From positions 5,628 to 69,627 of the IMG/VR virus record IMGVR_UViG_3300000062_000003: a stretch of DNA of 64,000 nucleotides; one strand, 5' to 3'. The notes below the pieces were generated by a model. The model did not search any database and was not told where the DNA came from. It worked only from the letters and a program-made list of their open reading frames with translations. This stretch comes from a virus. Each line of letters begins with the position of its first letter. Position 1 is the stretch's first letter. Below, one piece after another: positions 57,501-64,000 of the stretch. Both the position numbers and the translations under genes were made by a program.

Positions 57501-59799
57501 TGTAGCTGTACCTCGTACTAATGATATTTCTGACCAGCAATGGGAAGAGGTGATGAATGGCAATATATCAGATGCATTAATGGGACAAGTGAGAGATAAA
57601 CTATTAATGAAACAACCTCTGACACCAAGGGAAATGGAAGTATTCAGAAGACGTTCAGAGATATGGCAACAAGTATATGATGAACGATTAAGAAGAGGTA
57701 GACAACTACCTAAACCTATAGCATCAGATGCAAGCCCTATAGTACAGGTAGAACACAGTATAGAGACTGCTTTTGCAATGTCACCAACTTTACAAGCACG
57801 CAGTAAAGGAGAATTGAAACCTCCTACTCCTGCTGAGATAGCTGAGTTTAAAAGGCTGGATAAACAAATACGTAAGAAATCATTTAACAGACCTACCTTG
57901 TCAGCTAAACAGCAAGCAAAAGTAAGACGACATGCTGAGTTATGGGAAAAAATTGACCAATATGGCATGTTAGTAGGTACTATACTTCCTGGAGGAGTAA
58001 CTTTAGCAGAGGCCTATGCTAATTTAGCAATGTTAGAGGAGCATAATCAACCTTCGACTACTGCGGTTGTTTCAGAAGTAGATGTTAATTTAATGTTGGA
58101 AACACAGCCTTCTTTGGAAGCAGAGACTAGAGGAGATACAAATATGCATTCTTTAGTGTATGATAAAGTTACTGTAGGTTCATCTGGTAAAGCTGAATGG
58201 GTACCTGGACAAGTGGTTGAAAATACAGTAACACTACAAGGACTTACTCTAAATGGATTTCTTCAATATTTTGTAGGAAATACAGTAGTAATGAGGTTAG
58301 GCCAAGCTCTAGAAGTGGTAGACCCACAGAGTTATTCTCCTAACCCAGGGGATACCTTCACTGTACAACTAGAAAATGGCAGTAAAATAGCAGTACATAT
58401 TTCAGAGAGAGGTACTTTAGCACTTGATATAAATGATGCAACAACTATTGAGGCAAATTCAATTCTTCAGTTTGCGTATCTAGGGAACTTTTCATCTAAT
58501 TATAAATTTTTGTTAACTCAAGATTATCAAGTAGTTCAATCAGATTACAATGGGGAGCTAGGAGTTGATTTGAATGTGGAGCATATTTACAATTTGGAAG
58601 CAGGTACACCCGTGACCCCGAAAGTTAATCTAGATTTACCATACAATCAACAACTACTAGAGGAATATAATAATAGTGATAAAGGAGAAACAGCTTATAA
58701 GAGATTACGAGATAATCTAGTAATAGAAGTATATGATGCACAAGGAAACTGGGTGTCACTGATGAAAGCAATGCATTCCGACTCTGCTAACACACCATCT
58801 TTCTATGCACTTAAAAAGTTACGTACTGAGATGACTAATAAACTCACAGCAGTGCAGCCTATATCCAGATTAGATGGACATCTTGAGGTACAACCAATTA
58901 CAGTAGGTACAGCAGAGGGAAGTGAGGTAGCAGAGGATACAGAATATCAAATATTTGACAATAGAACTGGGTTACCACATTCAAGCACTACTTATTCGAC
59001 TATTGAGGAGGCTGAAACAGCTGTAGCACAGACTATTAAGGAGGATGTTCAATCAATGAGGGATTCTGCTATAAATTCAGACAAGCAATTAATAGTGGAA
59101 GATGTTTTGCCAGGTGCGCCTTATATTAATGTAGTGGATGGTGCAGTTCAATTTACTGCTATCCCAGACAGTCCAAATGCAAGGGGTAAGATAGCTGATG
59201 TAGGATACATAGAAGATGGGAAGTTGGTCTTATTAGGAAATACCAGCAATGTCCAAATGTACCCTTGGACATCTCATATTACACAGGATACAAAAGGCCT
59301 TTATAAAGGACGCAGGGTGCCTGTAGTAGCTTTAAGAATAGGTAATAAGATTTACGCTTATCAGGCGCAATTATCCACTCAGGAGATAAGTATTGTACCT
59401 GAGATAGATATAGTGATTGCTAATGAGAGCCTGTCCTCATTTGAGAAATTACAATCTATAAATCAAATTATAGCAGATGCAGGACTATCTACAGGACAGT
59501 ATGGATTCTCAGCATTTGATTTAAATCAAGATGCATATGATAAGAAGACTGCTGCAATAGAACAGGCAACAATTGCTACTGATATAAGAACAATCATCAC
59601 CAACCCTGACTCCACATTAGATTCAGTATTAAACCAAATGGCACTTGATGTAAACCTAGAGCAGGATATCGCACATTCACCAAAACTAAAATTACGATTA
59701 GACTCACCTGGAACAGAGGTAGAAAACATCTCTCAGGTAGTAAATATATCAGTAGAAGACCAAGCTGAAGTAAGTAATGAAATTATCACACCTTGTTAA
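54511..59799 (+). CDS. Giant cargo/ejection protein with TM-like Gly/Ala-rich segments
   Basis: 1762 aa; QST.ERW.NG..K, ESGVEAR and EG..EEG.QG motifs. Confidence 0.8.
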   Translation: MAEQVAPAQEFLAPTAPASTLQQFMAPTAPVSTSPEVQYPTELNLNQSAMFPQIGLNTQTSVGGLGFTNQPMTPEYKSLSKAQVPFIAQDIRRKENTGLTYLDDQAIRDNIWGQIAPPRRSMVEYTVNQDEVFGRLSDGTLIAKVPNYIGGTDNQDRLAKGQSTAERWVNGIGKLVGNTFTNLLGGTIGVATGITNAFQEGRLSAIYDDSFNNWLDDLNTRMDYQLPNYKSIEERQMGLLSSLTTANFWANDVLKGLSFLTGAVLSEAVWGTLTGGAATPIVAARAAMRAKNIFSTTHRLGDAARAGKNVLQAYNRALMANKTVGAANQLRFFVTSSFYESGVEARHMFNEAMDNYMDTFQQAHGRTPNQEELAEFVDKARDTSNAVFGANVAIVGSSNFFQLGSYFGLKPSLTPKLKNFVARNVFGHKVTTKAGNTLVQTATRGNRLQRTLETGVNVLKRPVVEGVWEEGSQGVVSNAGKAWLDSRFNPKATKENIDLSEALAQGFSQAYGTTEGQKEIALGFIIGILGGGMAKGEQGKNMVFGFNEASQQLSAEQARANVFNTAADNVIKQGLPAHAQKLLRLNQASTSLEEANEYAEQGKLTEADIKLSESNFTQLLAATEQDKLDEVQHNMNTVIDSADRSMFGSEFSEISDEEFASYKSDMKSMYARDVANYKKALEYAQALSPTFTAAGKIKEVDNLTSVLALNIFQGMDRQGATRELTTAIGTLLGDTGITNSMNTLQGVSDRSRQLGQDYNYRQQQLAQLQDKLVATQQKLAAIVPGNTVSQEAAQERIAEEDKLRGDIAQVIAEITIVQNEIDALGQQASTVDDSMQLLTHQFGLTNDGTYRGHISPITIAQVAEAITKGEQLQNLLNSMRRDPNVTDSQVQTVEFLLQEYQKNVAATDRFLSTAARLSDRRMTMAAPAVGQFKWLPNIAGKFIEAAHRSNETDAPIPSALAEKIEQEHPNLTEEQKFSLATLLAMQQPTAETANSTPVAVPRTNDISDQQWEEVMNGNISDALMGQVRDKLLMKQPLTPREMEVFRRRSEIWQQVYDERLRRGRQLPKPIASDASPIVQVEHSIETAFAMSPTLQARSKGELKPPTPAEIAEFKRLDKQIRKKSFNRPTLSAKQQAKVRRHAELWEKIDQYGMLVGTILPGGVTLAEAYANLAMLEEHNQPSTTAVVSEVDVNLMLETQPSLEAETRGDTNMHSLVYDKVTVGSSGKAEWVPGQVVENTVTLQGLTLNGFLQYFVGNTVVMRLGQALEVVDPQSYSPNPGDTFTVQLENGSKIAVHISERGTLALDINDATTIEANSILQFAYLGNFSSNYKFLLTQDYQVVQSDYNGELGVDLNVEHIYNLEAGTPVTPKVNLDLPYNQQLLEEYNNSDKGETAYKRLRDNLVIEVYDAQGNWVSLMKAMHSDSANTPSFYALKKLRTEMTNKLTAVQPISRLDGHLEVQPITVGTAEGSEVAEDTEYQIFDNRTGLPHSSTTYSTIEEAETAVAQTIKEDVQSMRDSAINSDKQLIVEDVLPGAPYINVVDGAVQFTAIPDSPNARGKIADVGYIEDGKLVLLGNTSNVQMYPWTSHITQDTKGLYKGRRVPVVALRIGNKIYAYQAQLSTQEISIVPEIDIVIANESLSSFEKLQSINQIIADAGLSTGQYGFSAFDLNQDAYDKKTAAIEQATIATDIRTIITNPDSTLDSVLNQMALDVNLEQDIAHSPKLKLRLDSPGTEVENISQVVNISVEDQAEVSNEIITPC

Positions 59800-59805
59800 A
59801 TAGAT

Positions 59806-62145
59806 ATGGGACTAGCATGTAGAATAATAAGAAAAGAAGATGGTGGAATCTCTGTATTAGATAGATATGGAGAGACATCTGCTTTATATAGGGATTTAGT
59901 CAGCACACTCACAGTACAACAGCAGAATCAAGCTACTATACCTATTTCTAGTGTAGTATCCGCAGAAGAAAGGGCTGTGTACGACCAAGCTGTTTTCAGA
60001 GGAACTTTACTAATTGCTCCTAATGGAGAATTGTCTAATTTATCCAAGTCACAGTGGTTATTAACAAGAACTCCATCTTTTATAGGTAGTTATGGAAACT
60101 GGTCAGCAGGAGAGACTAATTTGGATTTAGATGCTAATGGTGAACCCATCTTTAATAACAATAGTGTCCCTGATGGTGTTGGATTAATAGAACAAGAAAC
60201 AAGAGACTCTTTGGAGTCTTTAGTTAGTTTTTCTGGAGTAGAAAACCAAGCCCTGTTGCTTTGGGGGTTTTCTAACTTGCCAGAATTTCAACAGAATTTT
60301 GGAACTGAAGAAGAGCCTGGTATAGAGCAGTTTTTAGATTTTTACTATAATTTTGGTAAAGGAGAGGTGCGGACAGCACAAGACAGGTCTAATTTGATGG
60401 CAGCAGCAAGTGCAACAGATTTAACTACTGCTCAATTGATGGCTTCACAGAGAAGCAACGACCCTGACCCTATAATTAAGCATGAATTAAGCTCTTCTAC
60501 AGAGTTTAATGTTTCCCCTATAGAGAAGTCTAGTATAGTAGAGAAACTTCAATATGCGAGCTCTCAGGCATCTATTTTGGGTACTACAGAGCAGCATACT
60601 GAATCGGATATTTTTGAACTACTAGATGCTACATATGCAATGAGGGTGTCAGGGGTGGAAGATATTAGAAAACTAGCTACAGAGCTTCCAGAAGCACTTG
60701 CAGAGAGTATTTTATCAAATGCTTCACTTCAACAAGAATTACTTGATTACTATCAGTATCTAGAGCCAGTAACACATTTTACAGTAGTAGAAGGACAACT
60801 TATACCTGTACAAGATACTCATGTACGTACTACATTAGATAATACTATTATACAAGGGGCAAACATGGGGGATGTAAGCACTACTTTAAATACATTAACT
60901 TCAATAGATGAAACTACTTGGGAGCGCTCATTGCCTTTAGTATATAGATTATTACAATCTGTGGAAGAGCAAACTATTGCAGCGAATATAGATACTATAG
61001 GCCTATCTAATAAAGCAATGACAAAACCATTTGTGGAAACACAGGTATATTTACAACAAGTAGCAGTGTTAGTAGAATTGGTACAGGAGGGAGTAGCAAC
61101 ACAGGATGAGGTGACTCAGTTTGTAGATAGTCATATAAGTTATTTTGATATTCAGGAACCTGTTGTTACTTCATTAGAGTCGAATCAAGAGGCTGCTCCA
61201 TTAGCTATTATAGAGGGACAAGTAGACGAGAGTAGTTTATTTTCTGATAACCTATTGGTGAGAGTACGTGATAATGTGTATACATCTGTAGATGCTGATA
61301 ATATATTTACTGAGTTGTTGCAAATTGGTAACCCAACAATACCTGCTTACTTGTATGAAGGAGTAATGCTAGGAAGTTCTTTATTAGAAAATAGGTTAAA
61401 GGATTTCTTCACCCGTGTGGATTATGGAGTATATTTCACTGATAGGGATACACAGGCTAAGTATAATATGTCTAGGTATATGTTTTCTCTTGAGCAACAA
61501 GTCCCTGACCTCGCCAATGAATCATCCAAGTTAAGTGTTATCAATAATGATATAGATTTCGACTATCTTACTACTTCATTTGTTCCAGAGTTTATGAATT
61601 ATATATTAGAGGAAAAGTTAAATAATTCTCAGATATATAATAGATTATTAAAGAATTTTTATGTTAGTGATATAGGTTTAGAGGTCAGGGGGGATATATC
61701 AGCAATGCAACAAGAACTCTCTAATTGGATTTCTGAGATACCATTAGCCAAAGACTTATTTGATTATGCTGCCATTAGTGATAATCAAAACCTGTTAAAT
61801 ATTATGGAGTTTGTACCAGAAGCAGTAATGAGTCCACAAAGTTTAGTTGAGATTGCATCTTTAAATCCTGAAGCAATTCTTCCATTAACTGGAGTACCTA
61901 CAAATCCACTGTTAAATGGAAATATGCAGTTACCTAGTTATGCAGGTGAGGTTGTAAAAGTACGAGGTATATTACATAAAATAGTTGATAGAGTAAATAA
62001 CATATACTCACCAGATTTACAAGCACCAGAAATTCTTACAATAGCCAATCCTTTAACATCAGAGTCAGGAGTAGAGGCGCAAACCCAAACCATGACCACT
62101 GCACAACAAACAGAAATGAATCAAAGAATAGACGAATGTAGTTAA
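59806..62145 (+). CDS. Large virion/polyvalent-type protein
   Basis: 779 aa; APNG..SNL...QW...RTPSF...GNW motif; N-terminus similar to the protein at 62682. Confidence 0.75.
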   Translation: MGLACRIIRKEDGGISVLDRYGETSALYRDLVSTLTVQQQNQATIPISSVVSAEERAVYDQAVFRGTLLIAPNGELSNLSKSQWLLTRTPSFIGSYGNWSAGETNLDLDANGEPIFNNNSVPDGVGLIEQETRDSLESLVSFSGVENQALLLWGFSNLPEFQQNFGTEEEPGIEQFLDFYYNFGKGEVRTAQDRSNLMAAASATDLTTAQLMASQRSNDPDPIIKHELSSSTEFNVSPIEKSSIVEKLQYASSQASILGTTEQHTESDIFELLDATYAMRVSGVEDIRKLATELPEALAESILSNASLQQELLDYYQYLEPVTHFTVVEGQLIPVQDTHVRTTLDNTIIQGANMGDVSTTLNTLTSIDETTWERSLPLVYRLLQSVEEQTIAANIDTIGLSNKAMTKPFVETQVYLQQVAVLVELVQEGVATQDEVTQFVDSHISYFDIQEPVVTSLESNQEAAPLAIIEGQVDESSLFSDNLLVRVRDNVYTSVDADNIFTELLQIGNPTIPAYLYEGVMLGSSLLENRLKDFFTRVDYGVYFTDRDTQAKYNMSRYMFSLEQQVPDLANESSKLSVINNDIDFDYLTTSFVPEFMNYILEEKLNNSQIYNRLLKNFYVSDIGLEVRGDISAMQQELSNWISEIPLAKDLFDYAAISDNQNLLNIMEFVPEAVMSPQSLVEIASLNPEAILPLTGVPTNPLLNGNMQLPSYAGEVVKVRGILHKIVDRVNNIYSPDLQAPEILTIANPLTSESGVEAQTQTMTTAQQTEMNQRIDECS

Positions 62146-62233
62146 CCTGTTTTAACAATATTATTTAGTTAAATTATATAATTGTATGTACCTTTGCATT
62201 TTAGTATCATAGGTACAGTAAAATAAGTTACAG

Positions 62234-62692
62234 ATGGCAATAAAGGAAGAAGAATGCAAACTACGATACTTTTATGGGGAAAGCTATATAGCAGTTAATA
62301 AGACTAAAGAGTATGAGCTTGACCCATGTAGTGGAGGTGGTACACATAAGGTTGAATATGAGGTTACTAAGTATCATCCAGATATTTTTGGATTAATGCA
62401 TCTCCAAGGATTTGGAATGCGTAAAGTAACAGTAAATAAGATGCGTATGACAGTACCTCCAACTCTACGAGAAGACAGAGGTGAAGTAGGGCTTTACTAT
62501 AGAGTTCGTCAAGGTCTTATTTTTGCCTTTGATAAATCACCAGATGTTAACTATAAAATGATTAAATTAAAATCTATCAGACCAAGGGATGTTAGAATTT
62601 TGTTTAGACGAGTAGATGGTACTCCAATTACCTCAGAAGAGTTAGAATTAGTAAAAACTTCCAAATATATATTTATAAGAAATGGCTTGTAA
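62234..62692 (+). CDS. Hypothetical protein with its own promoter, between giant virion genes
   Basis: 152 aa; TACCTTTG at 62189-62196; overlaps the next gene by 11 nt. Confidence 0.7.
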   Translation: MAIKEEECKLRYFYGESYIAVNKTKEYELDPCSGGGTHKVEYEVTKYHPDIFGLMHLQGFGMRKVTVNKMRMTVPPTLREDRGEVGLYYRVRQGLIFAFDKSPDVNYKMIKLKSIRPRDVRILFRRVDGTPITSEELELVKTSKYIFIRNGL

Positions 62693-64000
62693 TATTGAGC
62701 GTAAACGAGGACAGGCAGTAAATGTTAAGTTAGAAAATGGACAAGACTCTGTTTTGTTTAATAAACTTGCTACATCTCCTCTTATTTCAAATACAGAAGA
62801 TGCTTTGGTGGAGTATGAGAAAATAGCAATCAAAGCCCCTGACAACTTACTAGAAGGATATCCTACAAACTTATTGGAAAGTACAGGAGAACCGAAGATG
62901 TTCTACAAATCAGGAGACTACATCTCTACCTCACTCAATCAAGTACTGAACAATAAACAAAGCAATGTAATTGAAATAGGGGTAGTATATCCAAATGGAA
63001 GAGAAGTCCTTAATACTGACAGAAGAGTCAACATAAAATTACCAATGTCCCATATAGTTACTATGGAAACCAGCTTAGGTATAGAGGGGGCTATAGTAAA
63101 CTCTGATAACTTTGTTACATACAGACAGTACGAGCTACCAAATCAGGAATCTGGTATGGGTGCAGTACTTGATGGTGTTAAAAACTCTCTGATAAGTGAT
63201 ACTAAACGTATTACAAATGAGGGACAATCTGTGTTTGTAAGTACTGGAGTGGATATTACTGAAAGGCGTTCCAATAAACAGTCAGTAATGAGTGATGTTA
63301 GAATCAAGGCTGATGTAATGAACTTAGAGAGTACAGAAACAGATTCCTTCTCATTTACAGTAGATTCTCGTTCAGAGTTCCGTACCGACAACCAAACTCT
63401 GACCCAGGAAGAGTTCGAACAAAAACTATTACAGAATGATGCTGAAGTCTTAGGGGATAGTAATATCTTTGGTAATCTACAGAAATTAACAGATAATAAA
63501 GGATTGGAAGAACAGCCTTTTAGACTTACATCAGAAAATACTTCCCCTGTTTTATCAAAGGAACTGAGAGAAAAGTTAGAGAGAGCACTACTAGACTTAG
63601 GTGTTAGTAGAGAGTCCCTAGAGGCTTACAAGGAGAGACATAGAGCAAAATATGGTAAGGAAGTAGATATTGCTGGATTTGCAGACTTAGCAAATAGAAC
63701 TATTGGGTTTCTAGATGGAGACACTACTACCTTTACAGAAGAGGTCTCTCACTTTCTGGTAGAGGCTATGCAAGGCACCCCTGAGTTTGCAGCAGCAATG
63801 CTTGAAGTGATATCTACACAGGAATATGCAGAGGCGCGCGCGCAGTATAAAACAGTGTATGAGGCAATGTATGAAGGTGTACAGTTGGAAGAAGCATATC
63901 GGAAGGAGGCACTGGGTAAAGTACTTCAGAGGTATCTACTTGACCAATCTTATACTCCTACTGCAACTGCTACATCTCAATCAACAAGTATATGGCAACA
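62682..64000 (+). CDS. Giant virion protein with zincin-like motif, truncated by window edge
   Basis: Manual translation MACNIERKRGQAVNVKLENGQDSVLF... is open to the window end; TFTEEVSHFLVE...RKEALGK resembles the zincin-like domains of giant crAss-like proteins. Confidence 0.8.
   Translation, partial: MACNIERKRGQAVNVKLENGQDSVLFNKLATSPLISNTEDALVEYEKIAIKAPDNLLEGYPTNLLESTGEPKMFYKSGDYISTSLNQVLNNKQSNVIEIGVVYPNGREVLNTDRRVNIKLPMSHIVTMETSLGIEGAIVNSDNFVTYRQYELPNQESGMGAVLDGVKNSLISDTKRITNEGQSVFVSTGVDITERRSNKQSVMSDVRIKADVMNLESTETDSFSFTVDSRSEFRTDNQTLTQEEFEQKLLQNDAEVLGDSNIFGNLQKLTDNKGLEEQPFRLTSENTSPVLSKELREKLERALLDLGVSRESLEAYKERHRAKYGKEVDIAGFADLANRTIGFLDGDTTTFTEEVSHFLVEAMQGTPEFAAAMLEVISTQEYAEARAQYKTVYEAMYEGVQLEEAYRKEALGKVLQRYLLDQSYTPTATATSQSTSIWQ

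Larger units (their letters stand above)
5011..62843. repeat. Dispersed polarised motif CCCTGAC(C)/(G)GTCAGGG, about 40 copies
   Basis: Manual count: right of 12.4 kb, 29 CCCTGAC vs 4 GTCAGGG on +; left of it, 5 GTCAGGG vs 2 CCCTGAC. Confidence 0.85.

Noticed and set aside
57210-57968. Long antisense ORFs (252 aa here, plus many 60-160 aa ones opposite structural genes)
   Set aside because: These are shadows of long sense ORFs caused by codon bias, with no independent signals.
1-64000. Stop-codon reassignment (TAG=Gln or TGA=Trp), known in some crAss-like phages
   Set aside because: Terminase, portal, MCP and multi-kb cargo ORFs are intact in code 11. terL ends in TAG and portal in TGA, and no suppressor tRNA was found.
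1-64000. Integrase, repressor or att site indicating a prophage
   Set aside because: None recognised; all genes are phage-like and no host flank is present.

Overview
The window is part of a large crAss-like (Crassvirales-type) podovirus of a Bacteroidota host. It uses the standard genetic code and has many TAnnTTTG (-7) promoters. Positions 1-11.5 kb are a minus-strand arm with small early/accessory genes, a tRNA-Thr, two peptidoglycan enzymes, SSB, a GIY-YIG nuclease and recA. A 1.4 kb divergent intergenic region with a 7x16-bp tandem array (origin candidate) follows. Positions 12.8-64 kb are the plus-strand virion module: terminase, portal, scaffold, major capsid, ring/hub/fibre proteins, holin, metallophosphoesterase, muzzle (tail stabilisation) protein, peptidoglycan hydrolases and giant cargo/ejection proteins. 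Five observations are not explained by the gene list. (1) Two perfect parS palindromes (TGTTCCACGTGGAACA) occur with no parA/parB in the window. (2) The 7-mer CCCTGAC/GTCAGGG occurs about 40 times and its preferred orientation flips at the tandem array, which it brackets as an inverted pair. (3) A G10 tract, if one G longer or read with a -1 frameshift, fuses two virion peptidoglycan hydrolase genes. (4) A 560-aa BACON array inside the muzzle gene is circularly permuted, as if integrated from a circle. (5) A tmRNA/tRNA-like element and a tandem promoter array lie beside a putative genome end. Together 1 and 2 suggest a plasmid-like cis-element kit that may borrow host segregation machinery. 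All product calls come from motif recognition by eye, and counts are manual. No database search was run.
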